Positions 1 to 10,606 are shown, counted from the stretch's first letter. The stretch is DNA of 59,136 nt from Coleofasciculus sp. B1-GNL1-01 (GCA_040220235.1 JAVJTO010000021.1); one strand, 5' to 3'. The notes: a model not told the origin generated them from the sequence alone. Numbers and translations are program-made.

Positions 1-75
1 TGGTTAAAGATAAAACGACTGGAGTTGGGCGCTAATAGCCTTAGCGACGTAATAGAACGGATGGCGCGACATTAA
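1..75 (+). CDS. 3' end of a possible small protein, truncated by the window edge
   Basis: Frame 1 is open from base 1 to TAA at 73-75 (WLKIKRLELGANSLSDVIERMARH); too little sequence to identify. Confidence 0.3.
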   Translation, partial: WLKIKRLELGANSLSDVIERMARH

Positions 76-248
76 AACTTACCCAAAAAGTCAAAATATG
101 GGTAGCTTTGGGCAAGTATTTGGTTACAGTTGCTTACCCTAGCCAAAACAAAGTCCCTAAACCCGCCCCTACACAATATTATGATTATGTTCGACTAGCG
201 AAGGATCACGCGCCAGGTTCCTTTCTGCCCTCTGCCCTCTGCCTTTAA

Positions 249-2975
249 TTAATTGCAAAGGGCGCGATCGCGCTCTGTTACATTGGGGTTAGTCTTCAGA
301 TAATCCCCTACCCAATCACAACTGCGAACCAGGAGATTATCGAGAACGGTTTGATTAACATCCTCCAAATTCCACAAAATGATGCTGTTGTCCAAACTGG
401 CAGATGCCAGTGTTTGCTTATCGGGGTGGAAACTCAACCCTCTGATTTCATCCTGATGCCCTTTAAGGGTGACAATTGGCGTGCCATCATGTTGCCAGAG
501 TTTGATCTGCCCGTCTAAACTTCCGGATGCAATGGTTTGACCGTCAGGAGAAAATGCTACCGCATAAACTGGATTATCATGACCTTCTAGGGTTTGTAGC
601 AAAACGCCGTCTTTATTCCAGAGTTTCACGGTTTTATCCTCACTGGCGATGGCAATTGTCTCACCGTCAGGGGAAAAACTCACGGCTTTGATCGCTTCAT
701 CATCTGCCTGCCATGATGAGAGGACTGTGCCAGTTTTATCCCAAATCACGGTGTTGTCATCACTAACTGAAGCAATGATCTCACCGTCGGGGGAGAAACT
801 AATATCATTGACGCCACTACGATGTTCCTCGAGGGTTTTCAGTAGCGTTCCATTGCGATTCCATAATTTAATCGTTGCATCCTCACTCGCTGTGGCAATG
901 GTTTCGCCATCTGGAGAAAAACTCACCCGATTTATGCGATCGCGATGTCCATCCTCTAGATTGTCTTCCCCTGGCAAAGTCTTCAGGAGTTTCCCCTCTG
1001 GGTTCCACAAGCGCACCCGTTTGTCATTACCCACCGTGACAAGCGTCTCACCGTCGGGGCTAACGTTCACATCATAGACGCGATCGCTATTCTCTTGCAG
1101 CGTTGCTAACTCTATCCCATCACTTTGCCAGAGTTTCACCGTCTTGTCTGAACTCGCGGATGCCAAATAATTCCCCTGGGGACTAAACCGGACACTATTG
1201 ACCGAATCCCGATGTCCCTGAAGCGTATCAACAAGCTGACGTTCACCCAGTTGCCACAGTTTTACACTCTTATCTAAACTCGCCGACGCCAGAGTCTGCC
1301 CATCGGGACTAAAACTCGTCCCATAAACCGCACCCTGATGTCCAGTTAGCGTTGTCAGCAGTTGACCCTCTCGATTCCAGAGTTTCACGGTTTGGTCATC
1401 ACTACTGGAGGCGAGAGTTTGCCCATCGGGACTCCAAACCACGCCCCTGATCTGGTTTTCATGTCCCGTAAGCGTGGTGATCAGGGTGCCGTCTTGACCC
1501 CAGAGTTTGATCGTATTATCTGTACTACTTGAAGCAATAATTTGCCCATCGGGACTAAAACTCACCCCGCTAACGCCACCCTCATGACCCGTCAGGGTTA
1601 ACCGTTGTTCACCCGCTAGCGTCCAAACCTTGACTGTACCATCCCAACTCGCCGTCGCCAAGGTTTCACCATCTGGAGAGAAACTCACGCCATAAACCTC
1701 ACCCTGATGTCCGTCTAGAGTACCCACCAACGTGCCATCTGGCTGCCAAAGTTTCACCGTTTGGTCATTACTGGCGGTGGCGAGGAGTTTACCATCAGGG
1801 CTAAACTTGACGCTATTGACTGCATTGTCATGGGCGGCGATGGTTTTAATCACGGTTCCCTCTTGATTCCACAAGTTAACCGTCCCATCGAAACTGCCAC
1901 TGGCAAGGGTTTGCCCATCTGGAGAGAAACTCACGCCCCGGACTTGCTGAGTATGTCCGGTGAGGGTACGAACTAATGTACCATCTGGACGCCAAAGTTT
2001 TACGGTTTGGTCATTACTCGCGGTAGCAATCCATTCACCATCGGGACTATAACTGACATCCCATACTCTGTCCGTATGACCCTCTAATTGGTTCCGTTCT
2101 CTACCCCAAGACACCGTTTGTTGCAGGGCGGTGATCACATTGGCGTTTAACTGAGTATCCTTTTGACTCCAGTTAGCATTTTGCAGTTTACGTCCCGCTT
2201 TCAGGGCTTCTAATCGGGCTTCAAAGCCTTGACCAGACGCAAACAACGCTTCTGCGGTTTTACTGTGGCTAATAATCTGCCCGGTATAGGCTTGCATCCT
2301 TAGTCGTTCGGCTTTTAAATATTGAACGAATGCCACTCCCCCTAAAATAACCGAAGCGCCTAACGCCACACTCACGCCAGCGAGAAGTCGTCTTTGACCA
2401 CGGGTTCTGGCTTGGCGTCCCGCATCAATATACTCTCGCTGAAGTTGGGTCGGTTTGGGTTCGATTTCCGCGCTGGTGGTGAACCATTGTTCGGCGGCTT
2501 CGAGTTCACTTCCTCGGAGTAAAAGGTGGTTATTGCGTTGTTTCTTATCCCACTCTTTCGCCAGTTGTTGCAAGCGGGTATGTTTCTTAATATGGTCTAA
2601 ATCGGTATCCAGGGTTTTGAGTAGAGACTCCAATGACCCATTAAAATTATCAGTTTCGCGGAAGAATACCCAGTTGAGTCTAGCTAATTCTGGATGTACG
2701 CCTTTGAGTTGATCATCCCGCAGCACAATTGGGATAATGCGTTTGCAGCGTTGAATTGCGTACTCCAATTCTTGAGTACAGCGTTCCGATTGAATCGCAT
2801 GGGGACTAATAAAGAAAATACAGGTGTGGGCGGCTTCTATTTCTGGTTCAGTCTGGGTTAGAGGACTTTCTTCCCAATTCAGCCAAATATCTCGTTTCTC
2901 CCGGATGAGGGCGTCATAGAGTCTCTGAATCGCGTCTTTATCGGGGGAGGAGTAGGAAATAAAAATTTCAGCCAT
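249..2975 (-). CDS. TIR domain - transmembrane - WD40 repeat protein
   Basis: N-terminal IFISYS...CIFFISP...CTQELEYA TIR signature, LLRGSEL helical linker, one TM helix (LLAGVSVALGASVILGGVAFV), then about 14 GH...SFSPDG...VKLW WD40 repeats. Confidence 0.9.
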   Translation of the reverse strand: MAEIFISYSSPDKDAIQRLYDALIREKRDIWLNWEESPLTQTEPEIEAAHTCIFFISPHAIQSERCTQELEYAIQRCKRIIPIVLRDDQLKGVHPELARLNWVFFRETDNFNGSLESLLKTLDTDLDHIKKHTRLQQLAKEWDKKQRNNHLLLRGSELEAAEQWFTTSAEIEPKPTQLQREYIDAGRQARTRGQRRLLAGVSVALGASVILGGVAFVQYLKAERLRMQAYTGQIISHSKTAEALFASGQGFEARLEALKAGRKLQNANWSQKDTQLNANVITALQQTVSWGRERNQLEGHTDRVWDVSYSPDGEWIATASNDQTVKLWRPDGTLVRTLTGHTQQVRGVSFSPDGQTLASGSFDGTVNLWNQEGTVIKTIAAHDNAVNSVKFSPDGKLLATASNDQTVKLWQPDGTLVGTLDGHQGEVYGVSFSPDGETLATASWDGTVKVWTLAGEQRLTLTGHEGGVSGVSFSPDGQIIASSSTDNTIKLWGQDGTLITTLTGHENQIRGVVWSPDGQTLASSSDDQTVKLWNREGQLLTTLTGHQGAVYGTSFSPDGQTLASASLDKSVKLWQLGERQLVDTLQGHRDSVNSVRFSPQGNYLASASSDKTVKLWQSDGIELATLQENSDRVYDVNVSPDGETLVTVGNDKRVRLWNPEGKLLKTLPGEDNLEDGHRDRINRVSFSPDGETIATASEDATIKLWNRNGTLLKTLEEHRSGVNDISFSPDGEIIASVSDDNTVIWDKTGTVLSSWQADDEAIKAVSFSPDGETIAIASEDKTVKLWNKDGVLLQTLEGHDNPVYAVAFSPDGQTIASGSLDGQIKLWQHDGTPIVTLKGHQDEIRGLSFHPDKQTLASASLDNSIILWNLEDVNQTVLDNLLVRSCDWVGDYLKTNPNVTERDRALCN

Positions 2976-2984
2976 GTTTTGTTA

Positions 2985-3025
2985 TTTGTCCTTCGTCATT
3001 TGTCCTTCGTCATTTGTCCTTCGTT
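2985..3025. repeat. Short tandem repeat (TTTGTCCTTCGTCA)n, STRR-like
   Basis: About three 14-nt units between the two WD40 genes. Confidence 0.7.
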
Positions 3026-3058
3026 ACATCATCCGCTGCCGTAAGTTTTATTCTTCAC

Positions 3059-5779
3059 TTATAACTTCTTACAAAGGGAATTCGAGTTGGTTTGCAGATA
3101 GTCTCCTGCCCAATTACAACCCGCTGCGATGAGATTGTTGAGTAATTGGTCATCCAAATACTCTAAATTCCAGAGAATCATGGTGTCGTTTCTATCCGTA
3201 GATGCCAGGGTGTTGCCATCGGAACTGAAACTGAGATGGTCTACTCCCGCTTGATGTCCGTTCAAGGTAACGACTTCTGTGCCATCTAGCGTCCAAATTT
3301 TCACGGTACCATCTAAACTGGCAGTAGCCAGGAACTGACCATCGGGTCGAAAGGTGACGCGATAGACGCGATCGCGATGTCCTGCCAGAGTCTGGAGTAA
3401 CTTACCCTCAGTTGTCCAGAGTTTCACGGTTTGGTCATCACTGGCGGTGGCAATGATTTGACCATCGGGGGAGAAGCTGACACTACCAACGGCGGCGTCA
3501 TGTCCCTCAATCGTCTGTAGAGACGTTGCATGCAACGTCTCTCCATCTAGACGCCACAGTTTCACGGTGCCATCGGTACTGGCGGAGGCAATGGTTTGGC
3601 TATCCGGGCTGAAGCTGACATCTAACACCATACCCTGATGACCTTTGAGAGTCTGCACCAGTTCACCATCAGGTGTCCAGAGTTTCACGGTTTGGTCTTG
3701 ACTCCCTGAGGCAAGATACTCTCCATCGGGAGAAAATTGTACCGTCCAGACGATTCCCTCATGCCCGTTTAGCGTCTGTAATTCTTTCCCGTCTTTTGTC
3801 CAGAGTTTCACGGTTTGGTCATCACTGGCTGAGGCAATGGTTTCACCGTCGGGAGAAAAACTGACACTTTCCACCCAATTTTTATGTCCGGATAGGGTGT
3901 TTAATTTCTTGCCGTCTGGACTCCAGAGAGTGACATCGATTCCGGATGCGATCGCGATTAAATCTCCATTGGGGCTGAAACTGGGACTAATACCGGATTG
4001 GGGCAAGGTTTTGACGAAGGGATTGTCTAGTTTCCAGAGTTTCACAGTTGTGTCATCACTCGCTGATGCTAGAGTTTGCCCATCTGGACTGAAATCCACC
4101 CCAAATACCTGACTGCTATGTCCGGTGAGGGTATTGAGTAGGGTTCCCTCCCGATTCCAGAGTTTGATGGTTTTGTCTTTACTACTGGTGGCAAGGCGTT
4201 GACTATCCGGGCTAAATGTCACCTGCCAGATGCCATCAGTGTGACCCGTTAGCGTTTGCAGTTCTTCCCCCTCAATCGTCCAGAGTTTCACTGTTTTATC
4301 CTGACTGGCGCTGGCGATGAGTTGACCATCCCCGGAAAAACTCACACTTGTGACCTCTCCTTGGTGTCCTGTCAGGGTTTGTAATTCTTTACCCTCGATT
4401 GTCCAGAGTTTCACCGTCTGATCGGCGCTAGCCGATGCCAACTGTTGACCGTCAGCCGAGAAGCTGACACTGATAACTGGGGCATTATGTCCAGTTAAGG
4501 AATTCAGGAGTTCACCCTCTCGACTCCATAGGTTTACTGTCCCATCCTGGCTGGCTGAGGCAATGATTTGACTATCGGGGGAAAAAGTGACATCGTAAAT
4601 ATCATTATCATGGGCATTAATGCTATGTAGCTTCGCCCCGTCTTTTGTCCACAGGTTTACCGTCCCATCCCGGCTAGCCGAAGCAATCATTTCACCATCA
4701 GGGCTAAAGCTGACCTCTCGGACGCGATCGCGATGCCCTTCTAGGGTTTTGATTAAACTCCCATCTCGCTGCCAGAGTTTAACCGTATGATCACTACTAG
4801 CCGAGGCAATACGTTCACCGTCGGGGCTAAAACTAACGCTGCGAACTTTATTTGTATGCCCGTCTAATTGATTCGATTGATTCACCCAATAGACAGACTG
4901 AAGTAACGCCGTGGAAATCGTTGAATGAAGTTGAGGTTCTCGGCTAACCCAGTTGGCTTGTTGCAGCGTTTTAGCCGCCTCTAGGGATTCTAAAAGGGCA
5001 GGAAATTTTTGCTGGGAAACAAATAAAGCGTCGGAGGTGGTACTTTGGACAATAAGCTGTTCTTGCTGGGCTTGGACAAAAAGTTTTTGCGATCGCTGAT
5101 ATTGCCAGAACGCGACAAGTCCTAAGAGAGTAGACACACCCAGCGCCAAGCTAACTCCAATAATGGATCGTTTTGCCTGACGAGTGACCCATTGACGACT
5201 GAGTCCAACGTATTCCCGATGCAGAGGTGTAGGAAAAGGTTTTTGTTCTGAACTCCACACCAGCCAGGATTCTCCTGATGTCAGTTCACTTCCGCTTAAT
5301 AGGAGGCTAGTATTGCGTCCTTTTTTTTCCCATTCCATGGCTTGCACTAACAAGCGCGTATGTTCTTGGGTATCCTCTTTATTCGTGTCAATGGCTTGCA
5401 GCAGTTCTGCAAACGCCTGTTCAAAATCCGTACCTTCGCGAAAATCAATCTGGGGAAGTTCTCTCATCTCTGGATGGATCGCGTCTGGGTCAACATCCAG
5501 ATATAGTATCGGCAGAATTCGCTTATGGTGTTTTAGGGAACAGTCTACTTCGACACCGCACTCTTTGGATGCCACTGAATCTGGGCTAATCACAAAGACG
5601 ATATTATTCGATTCTTCGATTCCTTGGTAGATTTCTTGTCGCCAATCAGCGGTTAGGGGAATGCCTTCCCAATCCACCCAAACCTCACGGTTAGCGTTTT
5701 TAAATGCCTCCCGCAGTTTCAGCACAAATTCCTTATTGCGCCGGGAATAAGAAATAAAGGCTTCTTTCATAAATTGCAC
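3059..5779 (-). CDS. TIR domain - transmembrane - WD40 repeat protein (paralog of the adjacent gene)
   Basis: AFISYSR...WVDWEGIP...FVISPDSVASKECGVEV TIR signature, TM helix, about 14 WD40 repeats; start may be the ATG at 5770. Confidence 0.9.
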   Translation of the reverse strand: MQFMKEAFISYSRRNKEFVLKLREAFKNANREVWVDWEGIPLTADWRQEIYQGIEESNNIVFVISPDSVASKECGVEVDCSLKHHKRILPILYLDVDPDAIHPEMRELPQIDFREGTDFEQAFAELLQAIDTNKEDTQEHTRLLVQAMEWEKKGRNTSLLLSGSELTSGESWLVWSSEQKPFPTPLHREYVGLSRQWVTRQAKRSIIGVSLALGVSTLLGLVAFWQYQRSQKLFVQAQQEQLIVQSTTSDALFVSQQKFPALLESLEAAKTLQQANWVSREPQLHSTISTALLQSVYWVNQSNQLDGHTNKVRSVSFSPDGERIASASSDHTVKLWQRDGSLIKTLEGHRDRVREVSFSPDGEMIASASRDGTVNLWTKDGAKLHSINAHDNDIYDVTFSPDSQIIASASQDGTVNLWSREGELLNSLTGHNAPVISVSFSADGQQLASASADQTVKLWTIEGKELQTLTGHQGEVTSVSFSGDGQLIASASQDKTVKLWTIEGEELQTLTGHTDGIWQVTFSPDSQRLATSSKDKTIKLWNREGTLLNTLTGHSSQVFGVDFSPDGQTLASASDDTTVKLWKLDNPFVKTLPQSGISPSFSPNGDLIAIASGIDVTLWSPDGKKLNTLSGHKNWVESVSFSPDGETIASASDDQTVKLWTKDGKELQTLNGHEGIVWTVQFSPDGEYLASGSQDQTVKLWTPDGELVQTLKGHQGMVLDVSFSPDSQTIASASTDGTVKLWRLDGETLHATSLQTIEGHDAAVGSVSFSPDGQIIATASDDQTVKLWTTEGKLLQTLAGHRDRVYRVTFRPDGQFLATASLDGTVKIWTLDGTEVVTLNGHQAGVDHLSFSSDGNTLASTDRNDTMILWNLEYLDDQLLNNLIAAGCNWAGDYLQTNSNSLCKKL
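3517..3541. repeat. GTAG-type REP palindrome inside the WD40 CDS (in frame)
   Basis: GTAGAGACGTTGCATGCAACGTCTC; translates as ETLHATSL(Q), an expansion of one WD40 repeat. Confidence 0.75.
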
Positions 5780-5824
5780 ACCTTGAAGTGTCTAGGTTCT
5801 ATGAATCGGGTTCAGTGATGATCG

Positions 5825-6358
5825 TTATTCTTCTGGGGTGGAAGCATCGGGGGCGGTGAACTGCACTGCGCCTTGGATGGCATTATCTTTGGTGCGATCA
5901 GCCGCATCACAGACTAAGGCAAACTGGAAGTAATAATCTGTTTCCCTTTTTAGAGAAAGATCATTGGGAAGCGTGATTTCAACCTCACCGCCTGCTTCAG
6001 GAATCTCAATCATGGTTTGATAAACTGGATTCCAACTCTGATCCACCAGGAGAAATTCGGCGGAGGTGACAGTGGTTTCCGGTACTTGCCATGAAAGTGT
6101 TGCGGGCGAGTTCAGCGCCACTAAATAAACCCCCTGATCGTTAGTAGGCATCAAGGGGGTAATCGTTGCTTCGCCACATCCAGCACCGCGCAACCCAGCG
6201 CCGCGATCGCGCGATGGTGAAAGCTGGGCAGTTAAAACGTTTACATCTTCATTAGACTGGGCTTGTAGCGGGGGTTGCCAGCCGATCCCCATTACCCAGA
6301 TTGTCGTGAATACCCCGGTTACCAGACTCAAAGACTTAAAAGACTTTAATCTATCCAT
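5825..6358 (-). CDS. DUF928 domain-containing secreted protein
   Basis: Signal peptide, GAGLRGAGC motif, PATLSWQVP and YYFQFALVCD motifs typical of cyanobacterial DUF928. Confidence 0.75.
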   Translation of the reverse strand: MDRLKSFKSLSLVTGVFTTIWVMGIGWQPPLQAQSNEDVNVLTAQLSPSRDRGAGLRGAGCGEATITPLMPTNDQGVYLVALNSPATLSWQVPETTVTSAEFLLVDQSWNPVYQTMIEIPEAGGEVEITLPNDLSLKRETDYYFQFALVCDAADRTKDNAIQGAVQFTAPDASTPEE

Positions 6359-6619
6359 TGGTAGATGTGTGAAACCTAATTGATACTTCTAAACCCATAA
6401 TAATCGAAAATTTCCCGTTTTATCTGGAAAAATAAATTTAAGCTGATCTTCATCAAAACTTTAAAAAACCCAGAGTTTTTTAAAGACAATCTTCATGATT
6501 ATGCTTTAGTCTCCTCTTGTGAGAGGCAATGGAGGCGGTAATACCTAGTAATATATATATTACAGATCTAAGGCGACTCCTTAGATATTTTTGCGCTGTT
6601 CTGAATCGTTGTCATTGGT

Positions 6620-7243
6620 GTGCCAGTAACCATTAACTATCAATCCCCAATCAAACCCATCGAAACTAGCTGTAGCGTCTGGTTGCAGTGGCTATTGGTG
6701 ACGCTGTTGGGTTTTGTGGCAAGTCTATTTTGGATCGAGATTGGAGAAAGACCCGATATTAATATGATTGAGGGGATCATTGGCGGGACGATAATCGGAT
6801 TCGCCCAATGGCTAGTCTTGAGACGATACCTTTCCTCCGCCTGGTGGTGGATTATTGCCAGTCTCCTCGGTTGGGGAGTCATGGGGTTGAGTTCCTTTGG
6901 AGTCATCGGTTGGTTTGCTCCCCGAACGATGCGTCTTTTCCCTCGGTTGGTGTATGGAGTCGTCGATGGTGCAACTCTGGGGCTAATCCTGGGAATGGCA
7001 CAATGGTGGGTTCTCAGACAGTATGTTAGCAAAGCTTGGGGATGGATTTTTGCCAATACTCTATACTGGGCAATCGGCTTAACTGTAGGTTGGATTGTCG
7101 GCGGACTTTTGCGCCGCTTCACCCAGATGTTTCTCAGCGAAGTTCTGGGTTTAGGGGTAACGTGGATGTTAGTTGCAGGGTTAACTGGAATAACTTTAAT
7201 TCGATTGCTGGGAAAGGTTTCAACTATCAAGGGTAGTGGTTGA
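6620..7243 (+). CDS. Conserved multi-pass membrane protein
   Basis: About 6 hydrophobic helices with internal repeats IGFAQWLVLRRY and LGMAQWWVLRQY. Confidence 0.75.
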   Translation: MPVTINYQSPIKPIETSCSVWLQWLLVTLLGFVASLFWIEIGERPDINMIEGIIGGTIIGFAQWLVLRRYLSSAWWWIIASLLGWGVMGLSSFGVIGWFAPRTMRLFPRLVYGVVDGATLGLILGMAQWWVLRQYVSKAWGWIFANTLYWAIGLTVGWIVGGLLRRFTQMFLSEVLGLGVTWMLVAGLTGITLIRLLGKVSTIKGSG

Positions 7244-7378
7244 TAGTGGTTGATAACGGACGCGATCGCATCCATATAGATATTACGATTGCCCATGACA
7301 CACCGAGCGAAGCTGAGGTGTTGCCTATTCCCTATTCCCTCTCCCCACCACAAGACTTATTCAGCAGCCCCTAATCTA

Positions 7379-7486
7379 CTATAGCAGTAGACACATCGAT
7401 TAGGACTTTCGGCACCATTGTAGAGACGCGCCATGGCGCGTCTCTACATAAATGATGTGTCCTAACCGCTATGGCGGTTGCTATAA
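7379..7486. mobile_element. MITE-like element carrying an internal GTAG REP palindrome
   Basis: Imperfect terminal inverted repeats CTATAGCA...TTAGGAC / GTCCTAA...TGCTATA around the perfect palindrome GTAGAGACGCGCCATGGCGCGTCTCTAC (7420-7447). Confidence 0.55.
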
Positions 7487-7513
7487 CTTAAAAACTGCTG
7501 AAAATTCACCTTT

Positions 7514-8557
7514 TTAAATCCTGCGTTTAGCCTCTCGATGATACAAAATATTTTCGTTTTTTTTTAATTTAGTGGGTTGGATATTGACGCCATCAAAATA
7601 AGCATTGCTGATATCAACTTGACTCAGATTAGCGTCACTCAGATTAACATCACTCAGATTAGCATCACTCAAATCTGCCCCCCTCAAATCCGCCCCGCTT
7701 AAGTTAGCACCACTTAAATTAGCATCGGTAAAATCAGTATTTCTCAGATTAGCCCCACTCAAATCCGCATCACTTAAATCCGCATTATTGAAGTCAGCAT
7801 AACTCAGATTAGCCCCACTCAGATCAGCGTCACTTAGGATAGTATCCATCAAATCGGCTTGACTCAGATCCGTTCTACTCAAGTTAGCATGACTCAAATC
7901 CGCCCGACTCAAATCCGCACCCTTTAAATTAGCACCAATAAGATTAGCATGGCTCAGGTTAGCATCAATCAGATCAGCACCTCTCAGGTTAACTTCACTC
8001 AGATCCGCATGACTCAGATCTGTGGCAATCAAGCAAGCACCAGAGAGTTTCGCGGCATTCAGTTTCGCTTTAGTAAGTTTCGCTTTATCCAGGTGACTGT
8101 TACTCAGATCAGCGGTAATTAAATTAGCTTCTTGTAAGTTAGCTTCATAGAGAAATGCTTTCGGTAAGTTGATACCTTGTAAATTTGTTCCCGGAATATT
8201 GAGTCCTCTCAAACTCACACCATCTTCATTCAAATCTTGCAAGGCGTGAACCCGGGCATAGCTAGTTTGTCGTCCATGGGCAGCGTCTATTGTGCGCCAA
8301 GCTTGGTAATAGAATTGTTTTTTTCGATTCGGCGTTTCTTTTAAAAATAAAACAACCGCTGCAAAAATACTGATAGCTTCAACATTATTCAGAATTTTAG
8401 AGAGTTGAGAGTTCTCATCCGTGATCAGGATCACGCCAATGACCAGAACAGTTGCTCCAACCACAACTGACCAAGTGGGTAACTTCCAGAAATAAGCGAC
8501 GAAATGAACTGAGAATTTTCGTAACCAAAAGATTAATCGCTTAAGTTGTGTCTTCAC
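7514..8557 (-). CDS. Pentapeptide repeat protein with N-terminal membrane segments
   Basis: Long A(D/N)LXX repeat tract; two N-terminal TM helices; YQAWRTID...ALQDL motif. Confidence 0.9.
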   Translation of the reverse strand: MKTQLKRLIFWLRKFSVHFVAYFWKLPTWSVVVGATVLVIGVILITDENSQLSKILNNVEAISIFAAVVLFLKETPNRKKQFYYQAWRTIDAAHGRQTSYARVHALQDLNEDGVSLRGLNIPGTNLQGINLPKAFLYEANLQEANLITADLSNSHLDKAKLTKAKLNAAKLSGACLIATDLSHADLSEVNLRGADLIDANLSHANLIGANLKGADLSRADLSHANLSRTDLSQADLMDTILSDADLSGANLSYADFNNADLSDADLSGANLRNTDFTDANLSGANLSGADLRGADLSDANLSDVNLSDANLSQVDISNAYFDGVNIQPTKLKKNENILYHREAKRRI

Positions 8558-8637
8558 TGAATCACTATTTAACCTCCTAATACATCTTTGATAAGACGAG
8601 GGTTTTTTATTTTATTCAGGATGCCCATCTATTATAA

Positions 8638-8663
8638 ATCCCCCGAACTTTATTCGAGGGATT
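8638..8663. terminator. Putative terminator hairpin downstream of the S2P protease gene
   Basis: AATCCCC-CGAA...TTCG-AGGGGATT stem-loop about 40 nt past the stop codon. Confidence 0.45.
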
Positions 8664-8699
8664 AGGCTTAAGTCTTTAATTTCAGTGACGCCAATCGGT

Positions 8700-9821
8700 T
8701 TAAGCGGGATTGGTTTGAGTTCGCTTCTCTAGGAGACTCACAATTGATGCCTTTTCCAATAGTCCAACCAGGACTCCATTTTCGCGCACCACCGGCAATT
8801 GAGTAAATTTGCCTTGTTCCAGCAGCGTAATCACTTCTAACAGAGACTGATCCGATTTGACGATCGCATCCAACTCCACAGGCTTGATCAGTTCGCTGAC
8901 TGGAGTCGTTGTCCAGTTCGAGGTGGGGATAGTTTTGAGATCATCAACCGCGATCGCACCGATCAATTGTCCTTGTTCATCAGTCACCAAGAACTTGCGC
9001 CATTCTTTTTTGCCGATAATGTAGTTGTTGGCAAAGTCCCGCAGCGACAGATCCGCTGAGATAATTGGACTCTCTGGAATTACCGCATCTTCAGCTTTGA
9101 GATCCTGGAGTTTTTCTTGCAGGGTAGCTGATTGCGCTGACATCCCCGCATTTTGTAGCAGGAATACCCCAATTAATAGCGTCCAGATACTACCAATGTT
9201 ACTCAGACCTAAGACCGAAAGGATACCGATGCTGATTCCCAACCATCCGACAACCTGACCAACCCGACTGGCAAAAACAACACCGCGATAGGGATTCCCG
9301 GTGATTTTCCAAACCACGGATTTGAGGATATTCCCACCATCTAAAGGTAAGCCAGGAATCAGGTTAAATAGGGCTAAAACTAAATTGATCGAAGCCAGTA
9401 AACTGAGAATGGCTGCTAAGGGACCAGAGACGCCGCTGCTCACGCCGATACCCGTAAATAGGGCAAAAAGGGCTAAACTAACTAAAGGACCTGCGATCGC
9501 GACCCAGAAGGCTTCGGCTGGCGTTTGAGATTCCTTCTCCAAGCTGGCTAGACCCCCAAAGAGAAACAGGGTAATCGATTTCACCTCAATGCCCTGGCGA
9601 ATGGCGACTAAACTATGCCCCAATTCATGGGCTAAAACCGAGGCAAATAGCAACAGCGCCCCCACGAATCCCAACATCCAGGGTAAGAGACCTGTCAATC
9701 CAGCAAATCCGCCGAGATATCCCCCAAACTCAAACGTGACCAAAGCGAGAACCAAAAACCAGGAGGGGTTTACATAAAAGGGAATCCCCAATAAATTACC
9801 AACACGAATACTACCGTTCAT
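8700..9821 (-). CDS. Site-2 protease (M50 zinc metalloprotease) with CBS domains
   Basis: HELGH zinc motif, FNLIPGLPLDGG motif, C-terminal CBS pair. Confidence 0.93.
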   Translation of the reverse strand: MNGSIRVGNLLGIPFYVNPSWFLVLALVTFEFGGYLGGFAGLTGLLPWMLGFVGALLLFASVLAHELGHSLVAIRQGIEVKSITLFLFGGLASLEKESQTPAEAFWVAIAGPLVSLALFALFTGIGVSSGVSGPLAAILSLLASINLVLALFNLIPGLPLDGGNILKSVVWKITGNPYRGVVFASRVGQVVGWLGISIGILSVLGLSNIGSIWTLLIGVFLLQNAGMSAQSATLQEKLQDLKAEDAVIPESPIISADLSLRDFANNYIIGKKEWRKFLVTDEQGQLIGAIAVDDLKTIPTSNWTTTPVSELIKPVELDAIVKSDQSLLEVITLLEQGKFTQLPVVRENGVLVGLLEKASIVSLLEKRTQTNPA

Positions 9822-10086
9822 ACGAATTACCTCAAATCTACTCTCAAAGAAAACGTTTTTGTTTTTATAGTGTCCTCCTTGGGGTCTGAATCTATCGTAA
9901 CGAAATGTAAAACTTCCGTTCCACCATTATTTTTCGTAAAATCCGATCCCAGGGGTTCGGTTGTGAACATCAGCTAGTCTGTACCGTCTGTCTAGGTGTG
10001 GTTGATAATAATAGAGGAAGGACAACCTCAATGTGCCACTATTTTTTGTTTTCATCTTCAGCCCACTCATCCTCTTAATTTAGGTC

Positions 10087-10587
10087 ATGTCTGTTTCTGA
10101 ACCCACCACTATCCAGTCTTATCACCAAGAAGAACTCCAGCAAATCCTGAATCTCGCGATCGTCCGTCAAGCCAATGGCGGTGAGTTTTCCCGGACGCAG
10201 CTTGTAGAAATTGCCGCTGAATTGGGAATCTCGCCAGCGAACCTCCAACTAGCGGAACAGGAATGGCGGCTTCAGCAACAACAGCAGCACAAGCGCCGGG
10301 AGTTTGAACAGTATCGGCGCAGCCAATTAAAGCAGCGTTTGGGCAAATATATTATCGTTAATGGCTTTTTGGTTGTAATTAATCTGCTCAGTGCGGGTCA
10401 GCTTTCCTGGGCATTGTATATTCTCTTGTTTTGGGGAGCAGGACTGGGTTTGAAGACGTGGAATACTTATCAACTTCAAGGAGACGCTTATGAAAAAGCG
10501 TTTCAAAAGTGGTATCGCCAGCAACAGTTGAATCAGTTGACTCAATCCATTTTTACCCGGTTGAACAGTTGGATTAAGGCAACATAA
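10087..10587 (+). CDS. 2TM domain-containing protein
   Basis: Y..EELQQILNLA...LVEIAAELGI N-terminal region plus two TM helices; conserved cyanobacterial family. Confidence 0.8.
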   Translation: MSVSEPTTIQSYHQEELQQILNLAIVRQANGGEFSRTQLVEIAAELGISPANLQLAEQEWRLQQQQQHKRREFEQYRRSQLKQRLGKYIIVNGFLVVINLLSAGQLSWALYILLFWGAGLGLKTWNTYQLQGDAYEKAFQKWYRQQQLNQLTQSIFTRLNSWIKAT

Positions 10588-10606
10588 GGATTCAGTCATT
10601 CATAAA

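Noticed and set aside
6640..7353. 237-aa minus-strand ORF
   Set aside because: Antisense to a credible membrane protein gene and starts in repeat sequence.
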